Shown here piece by piece: positions 54,076 through 64,000 of a stretch of 64,000 nucleotides of DNA (position 1 is its first letter; the number at the start of each line of letters is the position of its first letter). Position numbers and translations under genes: made by a program. Origin of the DNA: Savitreella phatthalungensis (lineage: Eukaryota); contig AP039692.1 of NCBI GenBank assembly GCA_051599415.1, forward strand, positions 186,001 to 250,000. The letters run 5' to 3'. Below the pieces are notes generated by a model. The model was not told the origin of the DNA and did not search any database. It saw only the letters and a program-made list of their open reading frames with translations.

Positions 54076-54450
54076 CGTCCCCTGCCTCGAGTAGCAACCC
54101 GAAGATGGGCTATCAAGTGTGGGTGCTAAATAACCAGTACCCGGCTCTTGCATTCGTTTGTGTGCATTCAAAAAACACGGAAGTTCGGGATACACGGGAT
54201 TGATCCACTTTGGCGCAGAGATTGATTCAAATGACTCAATCAATCAATCACCATCGATCTTAGATTGTGGAGACAGGGCAGGTACCCATTCCGAGCAGAA
54301 CCTTTAACACATCCTTGGACTACACTGACAGACGTATATATCCTTTTACACTCTCGCGTTCCAAAGAGACGTCCTCGCATTCGGCTCAAGTGACAAGATC
54401 GCTCAATAATCGGTCTTGACAGACACTCTGAGCCTCGATTCTCGCAACGG

Positions 54451-55905
54451 ATGACCGCACTGGCAGAGCTCGCAGGCGCTAACCATCAACCAGAGAACCC
54501 GTATGTCAAATTGGTCGATGATCAGCGGATCGCACACTTCTCAGAAGTTACGCTCGAGAGTGGCGTGACCTTGCATGATGTACCTCTTGCCTATAAGACC
54601 TGGGGTCAACTGAACGAGGCGTGCAATAACTGTCTAATCATCTGCCATGCCTTCACGGGCAGCGCAGATGCAGAGGACTGGTGGGGACCTCTGTTCGGCA
54701 AGGGCAAGACATTTGATCCTACACGATTCTTCATCTTCTGCGCCAACGCCCTAGGCAGCCCCTATGGCAGCGCATCGCCCTGCACCCGCGACCCAGAAAC
54801 AGGCGAGATCTATGGCCCTGAATTTCCGCTCTGCACAGTCCGCGACGATGTGCGTCTGCAGAGGCAGGTCCTCGACGCTCTCGGCGTCAAGCAGGTTGCA
54901 TGTGCCGTTGGCGGGTCAATGGGTGGGATGCACGTACTCGAATGGGCATTCTTCGGGAAGGAGTACATCCGGACAGTCGTGCCGATCGCGACAAGCGCGC
55001 GAGCCAGTGCGTGGTGCATCTCCTGGGGAGAGACGCAGCGGCAGTCGATCTACTGCGATCCGAGCTACGAAGATGGCTACTACAAAGCTGACACGCCCCC
55101 GGCGATAGGTCTTGGCGCAGCCCGCATGTCAGCCCTCCTCACATACCGCAGCAGAAACTCCTTCGAGTCCCGCTTCGGCCGTAACCAGATGACGCCCAAA
55201 AACAACCCGTTCCCCGACAGACCAGACTCCTCGGCACCGACGCCGGCAGACGACCACTGGGTCAGCCACAATGAAGGTCATGCACGCAGAGGAGCAAGCC
55301 GACCTGTCGCTCGTATCAATTCCTCCACCAGATCATCTCGTTCTAGCAGCTTCGATAGCGGCTCTAACCTGGCAGACTCTGTGTCGAGTGTCGCATCCAT
55401 CGCTGGCCCGCGAACGTCCAATGGTGGTGCCTCGCGTCCCATAGGCAAGCACTTCTCTGCCCAATCATACCTGCGCTACCAGGCTAACAAGTTCGTCAAG
55501 CGCTTCGATGCGAATGCGTACATCTCCATCACGCGCAAGATTGAGGCGCACGATATCTCCCGCGATCGCACGAGTTCTGTCGCTGAAGCACTCGCCCAGC
55601 TCGATCAGCCTGCCCTCGTCCTCGGTATAGAGTCTGATGGACTCTTCACCTTCAGCGAGCAAGAAGAAATCGCCGAGCACATGCCCAACGCTACCCTTGA
55701 CCGCATCGTTTCTCCCGAAGGTCACGACGGCTTCCTTCTAGAATTCGGTCAATTGAATGAGAAAGTCCTCAGGTTCCAGCACCAACATCTTCCGGACATC
55801 GTTGGAGATGCACCTATCGCAGCCATCGACGACGCGCCAGATGCTTCTGTCGGTGCGACAAAATCAAGCACGTTCGGCGAGGTCGATGACATCACTGAAT
55901 GGTGA
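54451..55905 (+). CDS. MET2: Homoserine O-acetyltransferase
   Basis: CHAFTGSAD..DWW, GGSMGGM, FDANAY, SDGLF and GHDGFLLE. Confidence 0.96.
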   Translation: MTALAELAGANHQPENPYVKLVDDQRIAHFSEVTLESGVTLHDVPLAYKTWGQLNEACNNCLIICHAFTGSADAEDWWGPLFGKGKTFDPTRFFIFCANALGSPYGSASPCTRDPETGEIYGPEFPLCTVRDDVRLQRQVLDALGVKQVACAVGGSMGGMHVLEWAFFGKEYIRTVVPIATSARASAWCISWGETQRQSIYCDPSYEDGYYKADTPPAIGLGAARMSALLTYRSRNSFESRFGRNQMTPKNNPFPDRPDSSAPTPADDHWVSHNEGHARRGASRPVARINSSTRSSRSSSFDSGSNLADSVSSVASIAGPRTSNGGASRPIGKHFSAQSYLRYQANKFVKRFDANAYISITRKIEAHDISRDRTSSVAEALAQLDQPALVLGIESDGLFTFSEQEEIAEHMPNATLDRIVSPEGHDGFLLEFGQLNEKVLRFQHQHLPDIVGDAPIAAIDDAPDASVGATKSSTFGEVDDITEW

Positions 55906-55921
55906 GCTACTGGAATCAACC

Positions 55922-57235
55922 TCAATCGAGACCTGTCTCTGCATGTCCAGCGGCGACTGCCTCCGACAGCGCCGCCAGTGCATCATCTCGACTTTTTGGC
56001 CTCGACAAAAGCCATAGTTCGATCCCGCAATGCTGAGCAGTTGGGCCGCGTTCGGGATCAAGTGCCGTCGCGCGAATGTTGTCGCCGATCACAGGCTCAA
56101 CCGACGTGAAGCAACGGCCAAACAGCCGCCAAAGAGCGTCCTTCTCAACGGCTGAAAGACCTCGTTGCTTATACCCGATCAGCACGCATCCACCATCCTT
56201 TGCACAGCACAAGTCGATGAACGTGTGTGCGAGCGGAAGCAGATATTCCGGCTCGTACACGAGATCGCAAGCTATCACGAGATCTGGCCGACCGACGCCT
56301 TCTGCCGAGATGTCTTCAGGACCTCCGTCGTCCTCGACATCCTCCGCTGTTTTTCGCATCTTCAAATCGCTCATTTCGCCCCACCTGATACGCCGCACAT
56401 CAACAGAGACGCGAGTGCTATCAAGTCGATTCCGAACAGCTTCCCGATTGCGGTGCATGACGGTTAATGATTCCTCCAGATCAGAGAGAATCACCAGACA
56501 GCTCGGCCTCCAGACCCCTCTTTCATCTCGTCCTAGCACACTCAACACGACAGCAAGCCAGAGGCCGCACACTCCTGTGCCGCTAGACAAGTCGAGAATG
56601 GTCCACTGGGACTTCTCCCGATCTTGTCGTATCAAATCAAGCGCTGCTCCGGACGCAAACAGTGCGCTGTCCCAGATCTTTCCAGGGATCGCCAGCTCAG
56701 GTTGCTCTTGCACTAACAGCGGTGCTTCACCAAAAACACCCGTTTGTAGCGGTCTGTAGAACAGCAATATTTCGTCGCCCGTCAGCTCTGCAGCCTTTTC
56801 GTCTGCGTGCAACCCGATCGGTCCGAAGACGAGCGGCATCGCGTACAGTGGCCTGTCTACAGGATTCTCAATCGCCACCTCCAGCCATATCTGTCGTCCC
56901 TGTGCCGGCATGGAATCCATGTGTAAACGCACCTCGCAACATCCCTTACCGCCTCTCAAACCAGCCCATTCATATGCGCCGACACCTTCCCCCTTCGGCA
57001 CCCCAGGCAGCACCTCTACGCACACATCCTCAAGTGAGTTCCCTCCTGTCACGGCGTCAATCGCGCGGACGTTACAGCGGATCTTTTCAGTCTCCCCCAC
57101 AGCGCCTTGCGGGTAAAGTGACATCTCATTGACAATGCCGAATTGGATAGCCACCTTTGCCGTGTACGCGCCAGATCTCTGTGCATGAACTTTACACGGC
57201 GGCAGCGGCGACCTCAGCACCACCCTGTACACCAT
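55922..57235 (-). CDS. METTL21-like (Methyltransf_16) protein methyltransferase with N-terminal extra domain
   Basis: GKIWDSA, ILDLSSGTG, LSDL, WG and DLVIACDLVYE. Start uncertain (57343, 57322 or 57235). Confidence 0.82.
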   Translation of the reverse strand: MVYRVVLRSPLPPCKVHAQRSGAYTAKVAIQFGIVNEMSLYPQGAVGETEKIRCNVRAIDAVTGGNSLEDVCVEVLPGVPKGEGVGAYEWAGLRGGKGCCEVRLHMDSMPAQGRQIWLEVAIENPVDRPLYAMPLVFGPIGLHADEKAAELTGDEILLFYRPLQTGVFGEAPLLVQEQPELAIPGKIWDSALFASGAALDLIRQDREKSQWTILDLSSGTGVCGLWLAVVLSVLGRDERGVWRPSCLVILSDLEESLTVMHRNREAVRNRLDSTRVSVDVRRIRWGEMSDLKMRKTAEDVEDDGGPEDISAEGVGRPDLVIACDLVYEPEYLLPLAHTFIDLCCAKDGGCVLIGYKQRGLSAVEKDALWRLFGRCFTSVEPVIGDNIRATALDPERGPTAQHCGIELWLLSRPKSRDDALAALSEAVAAGHAETGLD

Positions 57236-57435
57236 CCGCCGGCGCCAGTCCGTCCCTCTCCCATCCTGCCCACCACCGCCAGGCAGGTTTCGTGCAGTGT
57301 AGAAACCCACGGCATCTTCCATCACCACACTCACCACTTTCATCCCGCGCTTTCACCTGAAGAATGGCGTGAAAACAACGATCATGTCATGTGGAGCCGG
57401 CCTGCCCTCTCCCTTTTTTGTCACAGGTATCTCTC

Positions 57436-57927
57436 ATGGCCCGACCACGGCTATTCATCCATCGGACAGACCATGCGGTCGTCTGCCTGCACCGACCCGC
57501 AGACCCAAACGCCCTCGCAGCACACCGCCACATCATCAACGCGTTCACCCACATCGCTACCGCCACGCACACCACCCACGCCATCTACAGTCTGACAAGC
57601 ACGCCTGCAGAGCACTCGCTCATTGTGCCGACTTCGTCTCTGGCAGAGATTCTAGGTGGAGACGGTGAGGGTTTGGATGGTGTGTCGGTGGAGCGCGGGT
57701 GGGTGTACCTGCAGGTGGAGTGTCCTGCAGAGGGTATCGACTTCGGTGTGGTTGGGTTACTGCACGACTTGCTGACCAGTCCCACACGTGAGCGGGTGTC
57801 GGTCTTCGCCACCAGCACCTACCTCACCGACTACGTCCTATTCAAGCAACGCGATGCGCCTCGTGCGGTCGCCGCACTCGAGGCTGATGGCTGGACGATC
57901 GTCGAGAGTACGTACCCCCGAGAATGA
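57436..57927 (+). CDS. Stand-alone CASTOR-type ACT-domain (ACT_7) amino-acid-binding protein
   Basis: SLTSTPAEHSLIVP, ERGWVYLQV, IDFGVVGLL and VSVFATSTYLTDYVLF. Confidence 0.88.
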   Translation: MARPRLFIHRTDHAVVCLHRPADPNALAAHRHIINAFTHIATATHTTHAIYSLTSTPAEHSLIVPTSSLAEILGGDGEGLDGVSVERGWVYLQVECPAEGIDFGVVGLLHDLLTSPTRERVSVFATSTYLTDYVLFKQRDAPRAVAALEADGWTIVESTYPRE

Positions 57928-57988
57928 TACTTTTGTAAACTAGAACTAGCTATATCGCATATGGTATGACAAAGACAACACCGTGTAC

Positions 57989-59041
57989 TTATGCGTTCAC
58001 CCACTCCACCCGCCATGGGACCTGCTCGCCGGCCCTGAATGGGACGACGCCGTTGAAGTCTTCTGGGATGACATGTGCTGGGGTGGTGTCGCGCACAAGG
58101 CGGACTTGCTGGTCGATGCCGACGTCCGCGTGGCCGTAGAACTTGCGACCGAAGCGTGAGCAGAAGTTCTCGAGCTTGTCGAGGGCGTTGCGCGAAGCAA
58201 AGGCGTCTGCGACGTAGGCGAGCAGGTGCGGCTGCGTGAAGACGCCTGCGGCGGTACGCTTGCCACCGGACTTGGCCGCACGAGGGTGTGGCGCAGAGTC
58301 GCTGCCCAGGAAGAACTGCGGGTTGCCCGAGGTCGCAGCGACCAGGAGCGCCTCGCGGTCAGAAGGCAGCTTCGCAACAGGCTTGCAGTAGCAGAAGGGA
58401 TCGTCCACCCAGGCATCCACTGTCAGGAACAAGTGGTGTGCGGTGATCGTGCCAGACACCGTCGGCCCACAGCTCTTGACGGCCTCGATCGCGGCAGCCG
58501 TCGAGCAGTGCTCCAGAACGATCCGCAGCTTCGGGAATCGTCGGTGAAGATCCAGGAGTGTTGGAAGGAAGGCGTGCTCGGCTGTCATCACCGTGACGTC
58601 CCCACCTGCCGATGCAGGAGGTACTTCTCCGTGGATGTTGAAGACGAGACCGCATTCCTCCATAGCTGCAAAGGTCGGGTAGAAGGGTTCGTATGACTCG
58701 ATTCCGGACTGAGAGTTTGTGGTTGCACCCTTCGGGTATGATTTGACGCCCGAGATGCCAGCCTCTTTCGCCTTGTAGATCGCCTCAGGTGTCACCTCGG
58801 CCGACAGGTACAGCGTCATCAGGAAGGTGACGTTTGGTTCGAGTGCCTGGAGCTCTGATCGATAGGCGACAGCCCGCTCCACCGTCGTCACAGGCGGCAC
58901 CAAGTTAGGCATCACATACGCAATGTTTGCTCCACCCTGCCTCACAGCAGGCACCACCTTTGTCATCAGCTCGCCCTGTCGTAGATGAACATGGTAGTCC
59001 GCAGCTGCTGGCATCACGATCACGTCTGTGGACGGTGCCAT
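57989..59041 (-). CDS. URA4: Dihydroorotase (homodimeric type; S. cerevisiae URA4 ortholog)
   Basis: DYHVHLRQ, VMPNL, KSYP.G.TTNS, HGE, LEH, CKPVAK and GSDSAPH. Confidence 0.97.
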   Translation of the reverse strand: MAPSTDVIVMPAAADYHVHLRQGELMTKVVPAVRQGGANIAYVMPNLVPPVTTVERAVAYRSELQALEPNVTFLMTLYLSAEVTPEAIYKAKEAGISGVKSYPKGATTNSQSGIESYEPFYPTFAAMEECGLVFNIHGEVPPASAGGDVTVMTAEHAFLPTLLDLHRRFPKLRIVLEHCSTAAAIEAVKSCGPTVSGTITAHHLFLTVDAWVDDPFCYCKPVAKLPSDREALLVAATSGNPQFFLGSDSAPHPRAAKSGGKRTAAGVFTQPHLLAYVADAFASRNALDKLENFCSRFGRKFYGHADVGIDQQVRLVRDTTPAHVIPEDFNGVVPFRAGEQVPWRVEWVNA

Positions 59042-59342
59042 CTCGACTATGCGTATACGTGGATGTGGCTCGTTTAGCCTATGATCTGTAGCCTTTGTCC
59101 TCTTGCTCTAAATAGGGAAGTTAACAACTTCCTTAAGTGTGCATGTTCTCCACAAAATTTCAATGTAGCTGTTCACCTTGAGAGCACAAGCAAAGACACG
59201 CACCCACGTCTCACACACACGCCTCTGGAGTAAAGAGCTAACGCGACAAAAGACTCCTTACCATCGCTAAAGCTCGAGTTCTACGCGTTCCTGTGTGTGG
59301 ATGGCGTAGATCTATCCTGACACTAGTGATCGATCCCCTGGA

Positions 59343-60585
59343 ATGGACGCGAATCAGCCAATCTGCATTGACAATGGGTCTGGCACGATCAAGGCTGGGT
59401 TTGCTGGTGGTGATACGCCGCAATGCTTCTTCCCATCGATGTAAGATGCCTGGTGACTTTTGAACGCACTCGTACTGACGCTTCGCTAGTGTAGGCCGGC
59501 CTAAGCACGTACGGTACATGGCTGGTGCGGTGGATGGTGATCACTTTATTGGGCGGCGTGCGCAGGAGTTGCGCGGGTTGCTGAAGGTGCGGTATCCGCT
59601 CGAGCACGGTATCGTGACGGACTGGGAGGATATGGAGCGAATATGGCATCACATCTACACGGAAGAGCTCCGAGTCTCACCGGAGGACCACCCGATCCTC
59701 CTGACCGAGGCACCCCACAACCCGCGCGCCAACCGCGATCGCGCAGCAGAGATCTTCTTCGAGACCTTCAATGCCCCTGCACTCTTCCTCTCCATCCAGG
59801 CAGTTCTCTCGCTGTACGCGAGCGGGAGGACGACCGGCGTGGTACTCGATTCGGGAGACGGTGTCACACATGCTGTCCCGATCTACGAGGGATTTGCGGT
59901 GCCGAATGCGATTCGCCGGGTTGATGTGGCTGGCAGGGATGTCACGCGGTACTTGCAATTACTCCTCCGCCGGAACGCTGGCTTGCGGCTCGATACCAGT
60001 GCAGAGTTTGAGATCGTGCGGGACATCAAGGAAGCGAAATCATTTGTGGCAACGGATGTTGCAAAGGAGGAGAAGGAATGGTTGGCTAGGATCGGCGCAC
60101 GCTACCTGGGTCCACCAGCATCGACGACAGTATCAGCAGGAGGGGCTGAGATATCTGAGGCTGAGGCCGCTGCACTTTACAGACTTCCGGACGGCCAGAC
60201 TGTCGAGCTTGGGCCTGAACGATTCAGATGTAACGAAGTATTATTCGATCCTGAGATCATCGGGTCCGAGAGCGAGGGTGTCCACGCGCTCCTACACAAC
60301 GCTGTGACACGGTGTGACTTAGATCTGCGCCGGACGCTCCTGGAGAACGTTATCCTGAGCGGCGGAACGACGTTGACGCGTGGGTTCGGCGACCGGCTTT
60401 TGAAAGAGCTTCGAGCGGTGTCGGTGAGAGACGCGAAAGTACGCATCTTCGCACCACCGGAACGCCGGACATCGACCTGGATTGGCGCCTCCATTCTCGC
60501 AGGTCTCGGCACCTTCTCTCGCATGTGGGTGAGCGCGGCAGAGTACGCGGAAAACCCAAACGTGATTCACACAAAGTGCCTGTAG
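59343..60585 (+). CDS. ARP1: Actin-related protein 1 (centractin); exons 59343-59440 and 59490-60585
   Basis: [19 protein letters not shown]. The 49-nt intron 59441-59489 (GTAAGA...ACTGAC...TAG) leads to [25 protein letters not shown] and GFGDRLLKE. Confidence 0.95.
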
Positions 60586-60687
60586 TACGGAAACCAGAGA
60601 CAGATCGAGAGAGAGAAACACCATTTGTACAGTACCAAAACGAGTTGTAGATTCTGCAGAATCTCATACATCCTCGCCTTCTCGCCT

Positions 60688-61434
60688 TTATGCGTTGGGT
60701 TGTAGCACGGCTGACATGCGGCGCTTGAACATGCCCATAAAGGTAGGAGATGCTGCAGGAGCGCTGGCTGAGGAGCTCGTACTGAGTCGCCTGTTGCGCG
60801 AGGACATTGACCCTGATCTGGCCTGTCTGGTGGCTGATCCGTCGCCGTCGTCGGCGCTATCATCGACCGCAAAGTCATCATCGATCCGCGGCACAGACCC
60901 ACCCCATATAGGCCGACCCTCGTTCCCTGTAGCTGTCCCACCAGCGGAACTCTGGCTAGACGACCTCCTACCAATCCCTAGGCTCGCACTCGCCCGTCTA
61001 CCTGTCTTTGCGTCTTTGAGGTTGCCTGCGCCGCCTCTGCCCGTGACGACTGTGTCTTTGGGTTGTGGTTGGGGAGTGTTGGCGATGGGTTTGTCGCTGA
61101 CGGTGACTGGCGTTTCGCCTGCAGGGAGCATGTTGCCGCGGCCTCCACGTCCCGTGGCGAAGCGTGCGCCCGTCGACGACTTGGTCACCACCCGCGTCAG
61201 CGCACCACCGTCATCCTCCTCACCAGCAGGCACACCTCCGACAGATCGGCTACGGCCAGCGTCACCCAGCGTCGGTGGACCTACAGACACACCACCGCCA
61301 CCAGCACCACTCGCCTTCGCTCGGCGCACGTTGCCAGCACCACCGCGTCCTGAAGATACGTACATCCGATCACTGCCAGGGTTAGCTCCGTCTGCGCCTG
61401 CGTTCGGCTTGAGTGAAGCAAAGATCGCGACCAT
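60688..61434 (-). CDS. DUF3602 / Par32-like protein with GRGGAGN repeats
   Basis: SGRGGAGN, TGRGGRGN and TGRGGAGN in a disordered protein. Confidence 0.85.
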   Translation of the reverse strand: MVAIFASLKPNAGADGANPGSDRMYVSSGRGGAGNVRRAKASGAGGGGVSVGPPTLGDAGRSRSVGGVPAGEEDDGGALTRVVTKSSTGARFATGRGGRGNMLPAGETPVTVSDKPIANTPQPQPKDTVVTGRGGAGNLKDAKTGRRASASLGIGRRSSSQSSAGGTATGNEGRPIWGGSVPRIDDDFAVDDSADDGDGSATRQARSGSMSSRNRRLSTSSSASAPAASPTFMGMFKRRMSAVLQPNA

Positions 61435-61639
61435 GGCGTTGGCGTGTGCGTGTGCGTCGTGTGCGGATGAGAAGTAGAGTCAGGAAGATGTTTTGTTGAG
61501 ATGTTTTGTGTCTGTGTGTCTGTAAGTGTGTGAGGGTGTGAGGGTGTGAGTGTGTGCTTTAGGTCCGTAATGCGTTTGTTGGCTGATAGGTGTATGTGTG
61601 GGGGTGGGTTTAGACAGAGGAGAGGCTTAGATGTTTGGC

Positions 61640-61721
61640 TGACTGGTTGAGTACTTGACTGGTTGAGTCTTTGACTAGTTGAGTACTTGACTAGTTGACT
61701 GCTTGAATACTTTTGACTCTT
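61640..61721. repeat. 8/16-nt periodic minisatellite (TGACTRGTTGAGTACT)
   Basis: Three near-identical 16-mers at 61640-61687, then 8-mer variants. Confidence 0.85.
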
Positions 61722-61901
61722 TGAATGGATCTTGTGACTCCCCACAGACCTTTAGAAGACTAGACACGTCCATTGGTACGCCCCTGATGAGTTTTCAACA
61801 GACCTGGGCCCCAGTGCCCCTTCGGTCAACCTCCAGTCACAAAGGTTGAAAGCCCCCTTTTGAAGCTGTTACTGCTTGAGGATGGAAACAGAGTCATAGC
61901 C

Positions 61902-61971
61902 AGTGCACAGTGTATAGTCTACAGTCTACAGTCTACAGTCTACAGTCTAGAGTATAGAGTCTACATTCTAG
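61902..61971. repeat. Heptamer tandem repeat (AGTCTAC), about 10 units
   Basis: Four consecutive perfect units at 61916-61943 with mostly degenerate in-register flanks. Confidence 0.9.
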
Positions 61972-62395
61972 AGTGGGCAGTATGGGTATGGATATGGCTG
62001 TGGTAGTCTGGAAAAGAGGAAACAGTGTTTCATCGTGTTTTTAGTTCACGTTCAGTTTGAGCAGTTCTGGATTTCCTGTTTTTCTGCTTCTTCTGCTTGG
62101 CTGACAACACAAATATAATGCAAGTTGACTTTTTCCCCCACATAAAATCCAAAGTAGATCAGAATTGTGGGGTGAGAAGACTGAATGGTGATTCCAGGTC
62201 CAGATCTGGAATACGTACTCAGCTGCAACAATGGGCCAGCCCGGGCAGTGAGCTCACTATAGCTTACAGTAGTCAGAAACACGGGACTTGTCATGTTCAA
62301 TTGATAGCTACGGATTGAGTACTGTAGGTGTAATTGGGCAAAAGGGCGAAAGAATATCGTGCTCACTTGGCTGGTTTTGTCCTTGTCCTGAAAAA

Positions 62396-63946
62396 TCACA
62401 ACCTGGCAGCAATGCGAGGTTGGATGTACTTGTATGCGGCTAGGATCAGAGCCAGGCTTAGTGAGAATCGAATGACCTTCCTGAAGAAGGATCGCTCGGT
62501 GTAGTCTGCATTCCAGGAACGCTTTGGTGCGAGCATCTTGAATTGGGAGATCTTGCTTGGGGTGTAGGGAGCGTATCGGATGCCCATGAGACCGTCTAGC
62601 CAGCCTGGTTGCTTGACGACGGTGCGGCGGTGAGTGAATGCGTTGAATCCGGCGACACCGTTGTGTGCGCCTGTGCCGGACTCGCCAACGCCACCGAACG
62701 GCATCCGCGTCATCGCACACTGGTGCATCACGTCGTTCACCATCGCACCGCCAGAGTCGACGTTCTCAAGCAGCTGCGCCTGCTCGCTCTTGTCGTTCGA
62801 GAAGATGTACACCGCGAGAGACTTCTCACGTCGCTGGATCGTCCTGATCGCATCGTCCAGGCTAGATGCCTGGAGCATTGGCAGCACAGGGCCAAAGATC
62901 TCCTGCGACATCAGCGAGTCGTCAAATGTGCATCCGGAGACGAGCGTCGGCTCGATCAGACGCTGTGATGCATCGGTGAATCCACCGACGACGACCTTGC
63001 CGGAGGTCTCATCAATCAGCTTCTTGATACGGTTGAAGTGGCCGGTGTTGACGATACGAGTGTATGTGCCAGGGTTGCGCCATGACTGCTCCGGGTAGAA
63101 CTCTGCCACCTGCTTCTTGAACTCCTCCGTGAACCGGTTCTCGAGTCCAGGGTCCGTGAACAGGATGTAGTCGGGAGCAACACAGGTCTGACCAGCGTTC
63201 GTCACCTTGCCCCATGCAATTCGGCGAGCAGCAAGCTTCAGGTCGGCGTTCTTTGTGATGACGACCGCGTTCTTTCCACCGAGCTCCAGTGTCACTGGCG
63301 TCAGGTTCTTGGCTGCAGCAGTAGCGACGATACGGCCGACATTGCCACCGCCTGTGTAGAAAATCGTGTCCCACTTTTGGTTGAGTAGGTGTGTGGTCTC
63401 CTCCACACCGCCCTGCACGACCCGGTAGCTGTTACGGTCGAGGTACTGGTGAAGCACCTTCTCCATAGCGACCGCACAGTTAGGAGCCAGCTCAGATGGC
63501 TTGATGATGGCCGGGCATCCTGCTGCGATCGCACCGATCAGCGGGCCAAGCGTGACGAAGAGCGGGTAGTTCCATGCGCCAATGATGAGTGCAACGCCAA
63601 GAGGACGCTTCTCGATCTTGGGAAATGTGAGGTTGAAGGGGAAAGCTGCATCACCGCTCTCTGGCTTCATCCATGCCTTGATGTGGCCAAGGACTTCGAC
63701 AATCTCGGTCTTGAGGGTCTGAAGCTCAGTGAGGAGGACCTCGTGTGCTGGCTTGCCAAAGTCCTTTGCAAGCGCGACCTGGAAGGTCTCCGTGTTGTTC
63801 TCAAGCGCATCGAACAGCTTCATGAGCTGTTTGCGACGCCATTCGATTGGACGTGTCACGCCGGAGAGGTAGGTCTCCTTGAGTGTGGAGATCTGCTGCT
63901 CGACATCTCCCTTTTGTGAAGGCTTAAAGTCTGCTGGATAGCTCAT
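62396..63946 (-). CDS. HFD1: Fatty aldehyde dehydrogenase, ALDH3/Hfd1-like, tail-anchored
   Basis: WNYP, KPSE, YTGG, LELGGK, GQTCVAPDY, EIFGP, PFGGVGESG and C-terminal hydrophobic anchor. First ATG is 63946. Confidence 0.92.
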   Translation of the reverse strand: MSYPADFKPSQKGDVEQQISTLKETYLSGVTRPIEWRRKQLMKLFDALENNTETFQVALAKDFGKPAHEVLLTELQTLKTEIVEVLGHIKAWMKPESGDAAFPFNLTFPKIEKRPLGVALIIGAWNYPLFVTLGPLIGAIAAGCPAIIKPSELAPNCAVAMEKVLHQYLDRNSYRVVQGGVEETTHLLNQKWDTIFYTGGGNVGRIVATAAAKNLTPVTLELGGKNAVVITKNADLKLAARRIAWGKVTNAGQTCVAPDYILFTDPGLENRFTEEFKKQVAEFYPEQSWRNPGTYTRIVNTGHFNRIKKLIDETSGKVVVGGFTDASQRLIEPTLVSGCTFDDSLMSQEIFGPVLPMLQASSLDDAIRTIQRREKSLAVYIFSNDKSEQAQLLENVDSGGAMVNDVMHQCAMTRMPFGGVGESGTGAHNGVAGFNAFTHRRTVVKQPGWLDGLMGIRYAPYTPSKISQFKMLAPKRSWNADYTERSFFRKVIRFSLSLALILAAYKYIQPRIAARL

Positions 63947-64000
63947 CTTTGTTGAGATCAAGAGAAAGCTTATTGCAGCTTAAGAAATTGATTGACTTCT

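Noticed and set aside
54451..59041. MET2-methyltransferase-ACT-dihydroorotase as a metabolic gene cluster
   Set aside because: Different pathways, mixed orientation and ordinary housekeeping neighbours; no support without synteny data.
61640..61971. CRISPR-like array or telomeric repeat
   Set aside because: Tandem units without spacers, eukaryotic context, and not G-rich telomere-like.
1..64000. tRNA genes and transposons
   Set aside because: GTTCGA motifs noticed (e.g. near 18205, 20956, 56017, 58837) lack cloverleaf context. No transposase, reverse transcriptase, LTR or TIR was recognised by eye; tRNAscan-SE and a repeat search would be decisive.

Overview
Gene-dense, intron-poor fungal nuclear DNA (roughly 55% GC in coding regions by eye). 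The six introns I could reconstruct are 49-65 nt with CTRAY branch points close to the acceptor. Gene content and intron style suggest an early-diverging ascomycete (Taphrinomycotina-like); this is inference only. About 33 protein genes are supportable, mostly housekeeping: Vps41, uL13m, TBCE, Tfb5, Osh3, a PNUTS/Ppn1-like PP1 regulator, Ubc12, Mpc1, Nbr1, an XRCC2-like paralog, PLD/Spo14, Ilv5, a Zn2Cys6 factor, Bap31, a NOPCHAP1-like protein, PIG-H, Met2, a METTL21-like methyltransferase, an ACT protein, dihydroorotase, Arp1, a Par32/DUF3602 protein and an Hfd1-like ALDH. No tRNA, rRNA, transposon or CRISPR was recognised. Three things stand out. (1) A 1.68-kb stretch with no ATG on the + strand, rich in hairpins and carrying an orphan 5' splice site and TACTAAC, directly upstream of the PNUTS-like gene. 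(2) A 949-aa protein combining a CBM48-like glycogen-binding domain, two PAM2 motifs and an LEA-like helical repeat. (3) An MPC1 start codon split by an intron, so the unspliced RNA reads ATG-TAA.
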